A stretch of 64,000 nucleotides of DNA from Octopus sinensis (GCF_006345805.1 NC_043000.1:83948001-84012000); one strand, 5' to 3'. Shown: positions 50,459 through 63,665, numbered from the stretch's first letter. The notes: generated from the letters alone by a model not told the origin. Program-made: numbers and translations.

Positions 50459-50608
50459 CACACACGAGACGGGCTTTCAGTTTCCGTCTACCAAATCCAT
50501 TCACGAGGTTGTAGTAGAAGACACTTGCCCAAGGTGCCAATCAGTAGAATTGAAACTGAATTATGTTGTTGGGAAGCAAGCTACGTCCCACACAGCCATA
50601 CCTGCGCT
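50162..50608 (-). mobile_element. SINE family A
   Basis: Reverse complement of family A with a long (CA)n centre. Confidence 0.85.
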
Positions 50609-51106
50609 TATGTATGTTTCAATAAAGTGAACTACATAGATGCTACAGTTTTCTATAGAAGCAGTCACATCAATTCGGATGTCCTTCTAAGGGGGCTGAA
50701 GCGCATTACATTTCACGTATCTATCATCTACTCAGTTTACCGCCCATTCCCAGGCTCATTGAATCAACGGATCCTGTTCTACATTGCAAACATCAATGGA
50801 TCCTGTATTACTACTCTTGAACTTTGACCTATGAAATATGTGTTTTTTTAAAATTTAATCTTGTGTTATCTTACTGACCACCATATACATAATCACATGC
50901 AGACAGACAGACAGACAGACAGACACACATACACACATGTTATAATTAAAGTTTAGATTTGAAATGTGAAATTTAGCATCCAAGCTATATTTTAGGTATG
51001 TCTTTAGTAGTGTGCCGACAGAGAACGTTCACTTTTTATGGCTACCTGGTGTAAATGTACATTCGTCGCTGGATCTACGTTAGGAGTTCCTTGATGCACG
51101 TTGAAC

Positions 51107-51569
51107 ATAGTAGAAATAATTGATACGGAAGATAGAATATACTGGAAATGAATGCAGCGATCGTATCAGCACATTTTGCACCGCTCCCTAATGGTGGGAA
51201 CAAAATCATGAATCCCCAAACATACCACAATGCAGAAGTGCTTCTTCAGGTTACATAACATGGTTTCGAGTTACATAAATTACATTTCGCTCGTAGTCTT
51301 AGCTCGATCATTTTGGTAGTAGTCGCGCCTTAAATGCATCGATGACTACTAGCAACATGATCTAGCTAAGCCTATGAATGAAATGTCACTTATGTAACTT
51401 GAAACCGTATTACGTCACCTGAAGCGGCATCTCTGCACTGTGTAATGCATTTAGATTCATTATATTGTTCCCCATCCACGAGGGAGCGGTGCAGAATGTT
51501 CTGAAACGATCGTTGTGATAAATAAATTTTCCAGTATACTCTATCTTTCATATACATTGTTTCCACTAT
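51107..51569. repeat. Decayed palindromic MITE-like element, arms about 220 bp, 19-nt loop
   Basis: 51107-51324 is an imperfect reverse complement of 51344-51569 (e.g. gcaccgctccct/agggagcggtgc and agttacataa/ttatgtaact). Confidence 0.8.
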
Positions 51570-51596
51570 ATGAATATATATATATTCACACACACA

Positions 51597-51815
51597 TGAA
51601 GGGGTACTGAAAAGTTCCTGGCTTTAAGGGTATCACAAAACGCCTAGTTGGAGGCCCACCCTTCCGAGCTCTCTTACAGGCTTTAGAAAAAAACTGAAGT
51701 ACTGTTGCAGTAAAAGTATGAATCTGAGAGAGGAATATGCTGAATAAAATCATAATTAACTGATCTTCCTGTATTTTCTTTTACTCAAAACCAGGAACTT
51801 TTCAACATCCCTGTG
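51597..51815 (+). mobile_element. Mariner-derived MITE, copy 1
   Basis: TIRs tgaaggggtactgaaaagttcctgg / ccaggaacttttcaacatccctgtg, followed by TA; homologous to 55488-55704. Confidence 0.8.
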
Positions 51816-52203
51816 TATGTGTGTGTGCGTGCGTGTGTACGTATATATAATTATATGTAGTTTACTGTTCTGTTGTATGTAGGATCAACAGGAAAAGTAC
51901 TCTATCCAGTGAGAGAGATATATAATTCGACACAATTTTAAAAAGAACTACTAAGAGTTTTATGCTGTGGCAATGCAGTTATTTGGCAGATTTATATAAC
52001 ATGCCATGCGTCCCAAAGCAGTCTTTAAGGCTCAGTGAATACCGTTATACCTATTTGAAAACCAGGACGCTGCTCTATGAAAAACAAGAGAACAAACGGG
52101 AAGAAAAACGCGGAAAAGGTTGATATTTATACATATATGTATATACGTGTGTGTGTATAAACAAATATATATGTATTATATATGTATGAATAAATAAATA
52201 AAT

Positions 52204-52235
<32 letters not shown>

Positions 52236-52427
52236 AATTTATATATCTATATGTATGTATATATGTGTGAGTGTGTGTGAGCTTGCAATTGCATATATTT
52301 ATATCTCATTTTTAAGTTTATTTCTACAGATTTTCCATGGAATTCAGAGCTAGCACTGACAGTTACGTTTCGTATACGAATACGTCAATGTAAACAACGT
52401 GATGGAGGATAGGCAAAAACAGGTAAT

Positions 52428-52479
52428 GGATGTATATGCATATTTCGAGAGTTATTGCTCTTTCATCAGCAACACATCC
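52428..52479 (-). ncRNA. Type I hammerhead motif with an intact core and palindromic helix III
   Basis: The minus strand reads ggatgtgttg-CTGATGA-aAGAG-caataa-CTCTc-GAA-ATATGCATAT-A-catcc. The first stem II pair is an A.C mismatch and helix I is interrupted. Confidence 0.55.
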
Positions 52480-52896
52480 TACCCACCAACTATCCACGAA
52501 CGCATTGCTGAAATATCCATCAAGTTTAGCAGTGTAACCCTATTGGATAGACCAATCTACATATTAAACACATTCCAAATCAGGCACATTAAAAAACATT
52601 AAACAGCTCTGTCTGTCTGTCTGTCAATCTGTGTACCTGTGTATGTGTGCATGTGCGCACGCATGTGTGCAGTGAAACCTTGTCAGTGACAAGCTTATTG
52701 ACACCAAATAAGTGTTTAAGTCCACTGTCTTTGTATATTTTGAATAGATATGTGCCTTCAACGCTGTATTTGTTTTAGAGATCAAATCTCTTGCCAGTCA
52801 AATTCATTTCCGAAATATATGTATATGTATGTATGTATGTATGTATGTAGTATGTATGTATGTATGTATGTATGTATGTATGTATGTATGTATGTA

Positions 52897-52949
<53 letters not shown>

Positions 52950-54639
52950 TCGCGCGTACGTGTATATGTGAGCATGTGTTTGATAAACAATTCTTGAAAT
53001 CATATCTATGTTAAGCTGTTCTGATAAAGAGTTCTAACTTAGTCACTGCACCAGATTAGTTGACTAAATTGAATGATTTTTATTGGACAGACGGTGAAGA
53101 AATGAAAAGGAAAATTCGACACCAGCAGGTCTTGAACTCTGGACATTATGTGACATAATTAAACGCTCATTGCATTTTGTCTTACACTATACCGTTTTAG
53201 CTATTCAACATCTTTGAATAGTTCCAATAAAAATGTTTTTCCACATTTTGATACGATTCCTCAAAACAATATTTACTAATCTGGCAGTTGCAAATCCTAA
53301 AAGCATTATTAACAATTAATACGAAGGATTAAGAACAAGGCTATGGCTGTCAACAGAGACACGAAAAGACACAACATTCAATACTCAACAACTAAACTAC
53401 ACTAGAGATTCCATGTGGCGTAGGATTTTCTGGATTAACAAGTACTTAAGGTTTATGATAGATGTTTTAATACCGAATTTGAATATTCTTTACTTGAACT
53501 ACAAAGCATTTTATGACATTTTAAGTGTGTTCCCCTAATTTTACTGAGATAGAATTTAGCGGCATTCCACAGCTTGCATAGAATTTTCCAATTTACAAAC
53601 GTTGATTTTTATGATGGTATTGGATTAATATAACTCAAGAGATTAACTAAGGTCATCGAACTAGAAGAAGTAAAATACGTTCAGAAATGTCATGTACGTT
53701 TAATTTCACGGTTTTATTCCTGTTCTACGGTTTTATTCCTGTTCTAAGAAGATAAGAGAACATAAAATGTTACTCACAAAATAGAATATAATTTAACCAC
53801 AAGATGGGAATGCGGAGATTGTGGCGACGGAATGACGCTGGTCCTCTTCAACTAAAAGACATGTTTGCTAGATATTTGGCCATAAATTGTCAATAAAAGA
53901 AAGAAAACTAATTATAATAAGATTCTGTAGGGCAAATGCAATATCATCAAGAAGTCAACTAAAGCGATTGATTATCGTAGAGGTCATGAAGTATGAAGAT
54001 GACCAGGTAGTAGGAGTTCGATGAATAAATGTAATAATATTGCAAGTGATCTTCACCTTTCTCAACCTTAAAGTCATCATGTTGTTCGCTTGCACAGAAA
54101 TCTTTATACCATGGATTTCTGATACAGAATATAAAAGAATGATATTTTATCTAAGTACTAATATCAATTCACTTTTCCATTTACCACATTATTGTGGTTA
54201 ACACAAAAACAAGGACCCAGCTAAACATTAAGATAATAAACATTGATTCCCATTTCAATAACTATGATACATCTATCGATCTGAAGCTGTGGAAACCATT
54301 CTATATTTAATGTAGGTGAGAACGATAAACGGTTGGAATTGCTGTGATCAACCAAAGTAAAAAGGTCAGGAATTGACATTTCTCCTCTAGCATATAGTTT
54401 TGTCTCTAGGCATGTTTACCACAGTGGCTTTGCCAGAAAATACGCTGCATTCCACATGTTTAGAAGCAACAACAATTCATTTGGAACAAACGTTTACGAT
54501 TCTTTGAATTATTGTTTTTTAATTTTTGCTTATTATTAGCTGTGAGAACGTAGGAAACATTTAATACATTCTTCCTGTGTTGTTTCTGTTTTTTGGGAGT
54601 GTTTGGAATTGTTGGGATGTTAATAATATCAATGAATAA

Positions 54640-54850
54640 AAGGCAGGGACTGGCATAATCGTTACACGCTGGGCAAAATGCTTAGCGGCATTTCGTCCGT
54701 CTTTACGTTCTGAGTTCAAATTCCGCCGAGGTGAACTCTAACTATCATTCTTTTGGAGTTGATAAAATAAGTACCAGTTGAGGACTGGAGTGAGTGTAAT
54801 CGACTTATCTATTTCCTTGAACTTGCTGGCCTTGTGCCAAAATTTGAAAT
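54640..54850 (+). mobile_element. SINE family B
   Basis: ggcagggactggcataatcgttacacgc..gttctgagttcaaattccgccgagg..ccaaaatttgaaa. Confidence 0.8.
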
Positions 54851-55487
54851 CAGTAATATCGATGACTCTTTGCTATTCTTGTCTGTGGTCGTTAGACAAT
54901 GATGGGACTTGTTTCAAGTAGTTTTCTATAGTCATAATTTGTTCTCTTAGTACATTCCATTGCCTCATAGCCAGTTGTTGCATCATTCTCCAACAACTAT
55001 AACAACACCAGCTTGGAAAAGAAAATAACACAAATAAACCACTCAGAGGTGCCATCATCATTAATACAAAAGTGAAGTTGGCGTCAACGAAATGTAGTGA
55101 ACAGGAAAGAGCGTCTCAGAAATATAACATCTCTGAGAGCATTTATCTCAGTAATTTGTTCGCTAAAATATGTTAATTTAATGTCTACTCGTGTACAATA
55201 TTGCTTATCTACTTAGCCATTCTCTCACTATTACATTGGGAAATTCAGAAAAATCTACACTTCACCGAGAAGGTGTCCTAAGACAAAAATATACCTGGAG
55301 TTGATTCCCTTAATTATCAGAAAAATCAAAATAATGTTAGTCATTGGCCATCACCAAATAATTATTTCTAATTAGCTACATAATGGTTAATGCGTTACAC
55401 ACTGGAGCACTGGCTTCGTTACATATTGTGGTATTGTACTTATATCAGAAATACAAAAGTATAGTAAGGCATACTATAGATAATATA

Positions 55488-55704
55488 CGAGGGGGTGCTA
55501 AAAAGTTATTGGTTTTAAGGGTATTGCGGAAAGCCTGCTTGGAGCCCCTGCCTTCCGAGTTCTTTTACAGGGTTTAGAAAACCTGAAAGGCCGTTGCAAT
55601 AAGTGTATGAAACTGAGAAGAGAATATGTCGAAAAATAGCATAAGTAATTGATCCTCCTGTATTTTCTTCTACCCAAAGCCAGGAACTTTTCGAAACTGA
55701 CTCG
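55488..55704 (+). mobile_element. Mariner-derived MITE, copy 2, TA TSD, retaining the transposase C-terminus
   Basis: TA-cgagggggtgctaaaaagtt...aacttttcgaaactgactcg-TA. The internal sequence reads LPSEFFYR..ENLKGRCNKCMKLRREYVEK* with a frameshift, like mariner ..RWxKCI..GDYVEK. Confidence 0.85.
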
Positions 55705-56210
55705 TATGTATAGATAATACATAATAGATATTCCATATTGATTTAGACATATTGTATGTACAATAATATAGTGTAAACATATTACAGAAACTGTAGTAAG
55801 CTCTCTCTCCCTCCTCCCTCTCTCTCTCTATACTCACACAATGCTCTCTCTCTCCCTTTTTTTCTCTCTCTCTCTCTCACACACATACACACCATATAGG
55901 AATAAACTGGAAAGACGCTTACGGTGTGAAGAGAAAAAACTTCTCAATAAATTATTATTTTTCTTGTCTTCGCATAAATATAAAATTCTTAATTTTATTC
56001 CTTTATCTTATATATATTATCGATTGCACACACTCAATGTATGTTTTCTGTTTATTCGCCGGTTTACTGGGGGACGACTCCCTCAATACGTTGGGTACTA
56101 AAATACCTGAAAGTCATAGACAGGCGAGGCAACCCACTTCCTATCGAATTCAGAAGTGGTGGAGACCGTTATTTCGCCATTAAAAATGTTATAATATATA
56201 TATATATAAA

Positions 56211-58260
56211 TATGATGAACTCTCCCGTCGTTAGACGGAGTATGAGGGTTCGACAATTTCTTATCAAACAAGCACACAGATGATTTGTTTATAGTGATCA
56301 AATGTTTGTGTTCACATAAGCTCACTCCTTCCATCAAATCGACATTATCTGTAAAGGTGCAAAACAATCAACATTTATGAAATGAGCACTTCCACGTACT
56401 CAAGGCTTCTTACAATTGCTATCACCAAAACATACAAGAAAACCCGTAAATCCATATACAATGACATAAATACAGAAGCAAAGGAGCTAGCCACCCGCCT
56501 TAATATAGAGGATCGCGCGGTCTGCCTCGCCACCCCCTCCATATTACACTTAAGGACCATAACCCTAACTTCCACTCCAATCCCAAATTCAGACTGATCA
56601 ACCCCTCTAAAAGTTAGATAGGTATTATTAGCAAACGTATTCTTGATACTATCAATGGAACTCTAGCGTAGCCGTGGTCGACTGGGTCCGCAGTTTCGAG
56701 TATAAATCAGCCTATAGGTTCATCAAGTTCGACATTGTCGACTTCTACCCTTCTATATCTAAGCCCCGTCTTCTGAAAGCCCTGACGTTTACTGAGCAAT
56801 ACATCAGCATTAGTGACCTTGACATCAGAATTATCATGAATGCCAGGAAGTCAATTCTGGCCCACGACGATTCCTTCTGGGTAAAAAAAAAGGTGATTCA
56901 TAGGGAGTTTTGACGGGGCTCAAATCGCCGACCTTGTTGGGTTATACATCCTGGATACCCCCAAGAGACGTACCCACCCATATAGGTCGGCCCTCTATGG
57001 GGACGACGGACTGGCTATCTGAAGTCATATGAACGGCCACACTATGGACAAGTTCAGGAAGGACTTGATAAAAATATTTAAGGAGTTCAGCCTGTCCATA
57101 TCGGTTACATCCAACCTGACTACGGTCGATTTCTTGGACGTAACATTAGACCTAAGTATGGGTAAGTATTACCCGTACAGGAAACTTCACGGGGATACAG
57201 TATACATCCACAAGAGCTCAAACCATCCCCCGCTGTAATTAGAAACCTGGTTCCAGGCATTAGTAAACGACTGTCTAATCTTTTGGCCAATAGAGAGCTC
57301 TTTAACAGGGCCACCCACCACTACAACGGTGCTTTGGCTAGGAGCTGATTTACTGAGAAGCCCACGTATGTGGACAACCCCAAACATCCTCTCCTCACTC
57401 CAAAAAGATTAGGAGAAGGAAAACTATGTTATAACCCCACTTTCAACCTACATGTTTCCACTAACGTAGTCAGGGGCTTCCTGTCGCTAATTAAGAAACA
57501 CTTCCCCAGAGGTCATAAGTATTACAAACTCTTCACATCCCCATAATGTCAAGGTGAGCTACGGCTGCTTAGACGACATCGCATCTAACATCGCATGCTT
57601 CAGCAGACGTAAAAGCGTACCCACACCATCCCAACCCCAACCAGCAACTACTGAAACCCCACCATGTGCCCTCTAGAAGGATCTTGCCTTTCAAGGGCCA
57701 TAGTATACAGAGCCACCCTTACACCATCCGATGGCATTACTAGACACTATACGGGTATGACAGCTAATGTCTTCAAGGGAAGATACTTCCAGCATATGTA
57801 CTCGTTCAGATCCAGAGACAGAGAGAACTCTACTTCCCTGTCTCACTTTGTCTGGAGACTCCGTGATCTCAGAGATAAAATACCCAGCATCAAGTGGACT
57901 ATCGTCGACAGAGCACCACCATATTCACCCGGCGCCCCCAACTGCCAGCACTGCTTCCGCGAAAAACTGCATATCTTTCAACAAGCCGCAGTATATATCA
58001 ACAAGAAATACGATTTATCGTACTGCTGTGACCAGAGGTATGTCCTTCTGGCAAATTTGAGGCCTCTGACTGCCGACAACCCGAATATATCACCTTAGCA
58101 CTAGCTGCTACTCTGCACTGCTTGCACCAAGGTCACCACTACCAGTCAACTCCATGAGCAGGATCGCCAATTATCAATCTTCAACCTTTACCAACCCCCT
58201 ACGCATACCAATTCCAAACGCTTTCCTATTCCTAACGCTTACCAAATCCCAACGCTTATT
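56211..58260 (+). mobile_element. Near full-length, pseudogenised Penelope-like retroelement (RT plus C-terminal GIY-YIG; Naiad-type by motif recall)
   Basis: KFDIVDFYPSIS; GSFDGAQIADLVGLYIL; LYGDDGLAI (56990-57019); VDFLDVTLDL..YYPYRK; SNHPP; CPLEGSCL..IVYRA..HYTGMT..FKGRYFQH..CQHC..EK. Multiple stops and frameshifts. Confidence 0.9.
57664..58098 (+). pseudogene. Open GIY-YIG endonuclease domain of the PLE (144 aa)
   Basis: IVY...YTG motif, conserved R and H, downstream CxxC and EK...N. Confidence 0.85.
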
Positions 58261-58658
58261 TTGTGCGCGCACGAATGCACATGTACACGCGCATGTGTAT
58301 GTGTACGCACACTGGTATGCATGCATACATGCATACGAATACATATATGTACATATGAATTAATACGCATGCCTGTGTGTGTATGCGTGTATGTGTGTGC
58401 ATGTGTGCGTATGCACGCGTATGTGTGTGCATGTGCGCGCGTGCGTGTTCATCCAAGCGTATGTGTGTATGTGTGTGCAGACGCGCGTGTGCAAAACCCA
58501 TATACAGATGTACACACATGCACGCAAAACGATATGAGCGCGTCTACATACCCATATAGTTCTATATGTAGGTATGTAGACGCGCACATATGGTTTTGCG
58601 TGCATGTGTGTATTGATGCGAGCGTGCACACCTGTACATGGGTTTCGCACGAGCACGT

Positions 58659-58689
<31 letters not shown>

Positions 58690-60894
58690 ATTGATATACA
58701 TACATACACTCACATACATAGATATAAAGACTGTTTCACAAAAGCCAGTGCATATTTCACAAACTCTAATGTGAGACACTATGATAAAGATGTAATAATA
58801 CGTCAAACTGATAGTAACTAGAGATAGTATGTGACTTTGCTTTTCCCCATGTTGGCTTCGAGGATGACTTGAACTCAGTACTTCTATGTAACAGCTATTG
58901 TTTATAGAGTTACTATGTTCCGTATGATCACGAACTGTAATTGAGCTGGTTTAAGTTAATGATATTTAAAGAAAAAGAAAATATATCATTAAAAACGTTC
59001 CAATCATGTTTTATTATTGTTCCAATTATGTTTTATTATTGTTTTCAGAGCATTATTTCCCTAATACAACATTATAATCATTTTTAAGATAGAGTTTGGT
59101 ATTTAAGGAAATTTAGCTATTATGTCGAGCTCATAAAGTTATCACGTAGACGCTTCATTATTGGCCTTGATACGAACCTGCAGCCCTATAGTATGTCACC
59201 TTGGAGACAAGTCTAGATATATTAACATAAAGCTATTTAGAATCCTGTAACTTTAGTATTATTATAATTATATTCCCCCTATTATAACATTAAGAAGCTA
59301 GAGTAGCAGTGAGCTGATGTTAAATGTTCCAGGCAGGTGTTCTACATCGATTGAACACTATCCTTTTAATGGTATTGTAATGACAACGTCATTAAACATA
59401 CGACCATAGTCTATTGGTTTAAACTCTCATTTCAGGAAAGCGGTGGACCAAGGTTTTTCAGTCGAACGACTTGCTTCCTCATTAGTGGAATGTTATATAA
59501 GGGAAATCACCAATCACCAACTTCATGTAGTTGTCATGGTTTTTCACAATGAAATCTTCCAATCTTTTTAATATTCATTCCACACACATTTATTTACAAC
59601 AACGTCACAATTCTTTTAAAGCAATCACTTTATATCAATTTGTAAGGCATACATTAACACTTTTCTATTTTGCTTTTTACTTTCCTTCACAGTTTTCCGA
59701 ATACCCCATTTCACTTTCATCCTAAAGTGGAATTTTAAATTTCTCATTCACTTCGATTTTCTTTCTCTTACCCATTTTCTCTCTCTGTATCTTTTATTCT
59801 CTCTCTCTCTCTCTCACCCTCTCTCTCTCACCCTCTCTCTCTCACTTTCTCTCTCTCTCTCTCTTTCTCACTCCACACACATGCCCCAGCTCAATACAAA
59901 CATCTAAACAGATACAAATACACATTCGTGCTGTTGGTCATCAATTACCTTTGACGACAAAGTAAATATTTTTTTTTAGCCAAACCCGAAACCAGGTTTC
60001 AGTTCTCATTTATATCTATTTCATTTGATTTAAATCATTAATATTAATGTCCGACGAATGTGTGAAGTTTTTATAATCGTATTACAGGTCTTTCCAATAC
60101 ATCAGAAGTTTTGTGCCTATAAAAACAACTGTCGTTGCCTTCGTTTTCCTGCTTAAGTGGGCCCTGTTTAAGTAAAACCTGTGATGAAAAGATTCAAACC
60201 ATGACTGACCCATCTTTTTTCAAACATAGTGTTTAGAAGTTTAAATCATTTAGTGTTTTTATTATTTCATTTCAAACTTTAAGCTGTAATTTAAGTGGTA
60301 TTTGGCTGCTATTTCAAGCTTTCCCAAAGACTATGAAAAGGTGTCTTCGTTTACATGAGATGATGGGTGTATTTGTGTACGGAGTATTTGGAGTCGAGGG
60401 CAAACTGGCTTCAGGTACTTTTCCTGGTTTGTACTCTTAAGTTCAGACCTGTTGAACTCAACTTTGTTTTTCATCCTTCTGAAGCAAAAAAACAAAACAA
60501 ACAAGAATTGGAGAATTGACGGAATGGTGAGAGCAATGGACGACGAAGTTCTCTGGTGTTTATTCTAGCTCTTTGCGTTCTGATTTCTTCGATGGTAGTC
60601 TTAGTCATTCACTTCAGTTTAACATCAGCAGAGACCCTGTAAAACAAAAGGGCTATTTCATTTCCTAATTAAACGGTAAAAACATATTTTTAGTAGATCG
60701 TGTCTTCCACAAATTTTGATTTCGACTTGGATTCATTTCATTTCATAAACATGGCAGTTGCTGTTGAGAAAGGAACGAGCAAACAAACCTTCTACACCAC
60801 ACCCCGCAAATCTTAGTCTTTACTCATACTCTGCAAATAGTGCCATATTTTGATCGTCATGTCTTCAATAGTCGAGCAGAGCTAATACTGTTCA

Positions 60895-61085
60895 TGCTAA
60901 AGGTGGAGAGCTGGTAGAATCGTCAGCAAAATTTCATCCGGTTTTAAGTTCTGAGTTCAAATTCCGCCGAGGTCGACTTTGCCTTTCACACTTTTGGGGT
61001 CGATAAAATAAGTACCAGTTAAGTTCTGGGGGTGATGTAATCGACTAGCCCCTTTCCTCAAAATTTCAGGCCTTGTGCGGGAAGG
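60895..61085 (+). mobile_element. SINE family B
   Basis: ggtggagagctggtagaatcgt..gagttcaaattccgccgaggtcgactttgcc..aggccttgtgc. Confidence 0.8.
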
Positions 61086-61659
61086 AGAAAGAAATATCTA
61101 TAGAAGCTATACGCAATGGAAGAATTAAACATCACCATTATCTAACGAGTTGCGTATCTCGCTCTTAAATATGAAGAAAAATTGCCTTCAGAAAAGAGTA
61201 GAAACAGCAAAAAAGGATAGAGTATTCTGTTCTAGCTGCTGAGTAGTGAGTTTGTATTCAACAACAGCTGTTAATGTCCTCAAATGCAACAATAGCACTT
61301 TTCAAATCGTTTCATGTCTAATGATGAAACTCATAAATTATGAAACCCTCTCCTTTAAAACCTGATGCGGCATTTTGTTTGAAGAACTCAGTATTTGAAG
61401 ACCATAGGGAGATTTACATTTCTTAATTATATTATAAGACTAAAGTGTTATGTTTTAAAGAAGGGAAATGAGAAGTGTCAGCATTTAATGCTTTTCAAGA
61501 GTATCAGTAAAATAAAACTAGTTTTTAACAAGGATCGTCACCTTTGTTTGTTATAAGGAAATGAAAGCAAATTATTATATATAGTTTATGATATCCCACG
61601 GTCATTTATAATGTCATGATTGAATAATAGCAAACACTTAAAATTAACCTCATATTTCA

Positions 61660-61880
61660 AACTTTGACACTAGGCCAGCAATTCCGGAGTGAGGGATAAG
61701 TTGATCACATCGAACCCATTGCTCAATTGGTACTTATTTTATCGCCTTCTCTCCCACCAGAAGGATGAAAGTCTAAGTCGGACCTCGGTGAAATTTGAAC
61801 TCAGAGCATAATGACAGACGAAACGCCAGTAAGCATTTTGCCCGGGGTGCTAACGATTCTGCAAGCTCACCACCTTAAAT
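61660..61880 (-). mobile_element. SINE family B
   Basis: Reverse complement of family B. Confidence 0.75.
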
Positions 61881-61920
61881 TAACCTTATATTAATGTCAT
61901 ATTAACAAACATGTTAAGCT

Positions 61921-62290
61921 CGCGTTCAGTCCCACTGCGTGGAACCTTGGACAAGTGTCTTCTTCTATAGCCGTGGGCCGACCAAAGCCTTGTGAGTGGA
62001 TTTTGTAAAGGGGAACTGAAAGAAGCACGTCACATATATATATTTATGTGTGTGTGTGTGTGTATGTGTGTGTGTGTCTTTGTGTCTGTGTTTGTCTCCC
62101 CACCACCGCTTGACAACCGATGATGGTGTGTTTACGTCCCCGTAATCTAGCGGTTCGGCAAAAGAAACCAATATCAGGTTTACAAAGAATAAGTCCTGGA
62201 GTCGATTTCTTCGACTAAAAAAAATGCCCTTTAAAGCAGTTCTCCAGTATGGCCGCAGTCAAATGGCTGAAACAAGGAAAAGAATAGAAG
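61921..62290 (+). mobile_element. SINE family A, 5' truncated
   Basis: gttcagtcccactgcgtgg..gaaagaagc..(TG)n..ccagtatggccgcagtcaaatg. Confidence 0.85.
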
Positions 62291-62539
62291 AATACATTTC
62301 CAAGGGCATGGTCGAAAACTTTTAGGCTGTGCAGATTGGAGTTGGTCCAATCTTTAAAACCAAATAGTTTTAACAATTTTATTATCCTTCCTCAGTAAAA
62401 CATATTTAGACTATATAAGTTGTATGCGTATATATGTTATGTTTCTTGAGCCTAAGATTTATAAGGCTGGTTACCTCTTTCCATGGTATGTAAGTGACTG
62501 AGATTACAATATACTCCCCGAACGGGACCGTTCCTTGCA

Positions 62540-62685
62540 GGCTTCAAGGCCAGCAATTTTGGTGGGGAATGGGCAAGTCGATTACATCTATTCTAGTTAT
62601 TGAGTGGTACTTTGCTTTATCGACACAAAAAGGGTAAAAGGCAAAATTGACCTCGGCGATTTTGCTAACGATTTTGCCAGCTCGT
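62540..62685 (-). mobile_element. SINE family B, internally deleted
   Basis: aggccagcaatttt..caagtcgattacat..aaaattgacctcggcg..gccagctcg. Confidence 0.65.
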
Positions 62686-62788
62686 ATGTATGTATGTATG
62701 TATGTATGTATGTATGTATGTATGTATGTATGTATGTATGTATGTATGTATGTATGTATGTATGTATGTATGTATGTATGTATGTATG

Positions 62789-63665
62789 TGTGCAGATTGT
62801 ATGTTTTGCTTTATGTATATATTCTCATGCATACAGTTGCATATCTAGACATGCTCATATATTATTAGGTTGTCCCAAAAGTTCGTAAACACTTGCGAAA
62901 ATTGAATTTTTACTCGCCAAGTACTAACAAAAACAACAAAAATTATTCCTCAAAATAAAGACCATTATTTTCCAAGACTTTCTACGAACTTTTGGGACAA
63001 CCTTATAATATGATAAACCTCTGGGAAATTTTACAGTCCCAGTGATGGATTGGATCTGTAGACTTCCAATTAGCTTTTCCTTTCTAGTTTTGAGAAGCCT
63101 AATTTCTCAAGATTGGTATTTATGCAGTGGGTTACATATCCCAGGGCACCAATAATTACAGATGTAAACCTGAACTTGTAATCTGGATAGAGTAACTGCA
63201 GATTTCTCAATAGTTCAGCGCAGATACTCTCTTTTTCGCTGATTTTCAGCTTTATGTTAACATCCGGTGGGCAACTAATTTCCACAAATGTATACAGTTT
63301 CTCTTCTGCATCCTAAATCATTATATCAGATCTGTTGTGCTTACATTTTATTGAGGTTTTCACTGGGTCATTACACCATTATTCCTTTTTATTATGAGTG
63401 GCTATGGATTCTACCATACAGTAGCTTCTTATTTCTTTGTCCTCGGGGTTATCCTTCTGACGGATTTCCTTATAGAGTGTCCTAGCTACAACATCATGAT
63501 AATACCCGTAGATAATACCGCGATGACATTTTCGGACAACTATATATGTAGGTGATATCTTCGGTGATAACCGCACAAAGTCTGCATCGGTTGTCACATT
63601 TTACTGCTTTTTCTGCATCCCTTGTTATCGTACATGCTTCTTTAGTAATCACATTCTGTCAGTCA
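62789..63665 (-). mobile_element. 5'-truncated RLE LINE (second family) between (TATG)n and (TATC)n
   Basis: KCDNRCRLCAVITEDIT.I (CCHC remnant), HDVVARTLY, KHNRSDIMI*DAEEK..VEISCPPDVN..IIGALG. (TATG)n at 62685-62788 and (TATC)n at 63666-63790. Confidence 0.85.
62865..63005. mobile_element. 141-bp mariner-type MITE with TA TSD, nested in the LINE 3' UTR
   Basis: TIRs ttaggttgtcccaaaagttcgta / tacgaacttttgggacaacctta, TA on both sides; absent from the paralogous UTR at about 33450. Confidence 0.9.

Noticed and set aside
54873-55016. Good minus-strand acceptor followed by 46 open codons
   Set aside because: There is no recognisable domain and no linked exon; this is expected by chance in 64 kb.
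56212-56255. Hairpin preceded by ATGATGA, read as a SECIS or hammerhead
   Set aside because: There is no apical AAR and no UGAN/NGAN quartet, it lies upstream of the ORF, and two hammerhead core positions mismatch. It is kept only as a hairpin.
59436-59570. Plus-strand acceptor with two open frames (KAVDQGFSVERLASSLVECYIREITNH)
   Set aside because: There is no good donor, and the resemblance to ABC1 kinases is too faint to support.
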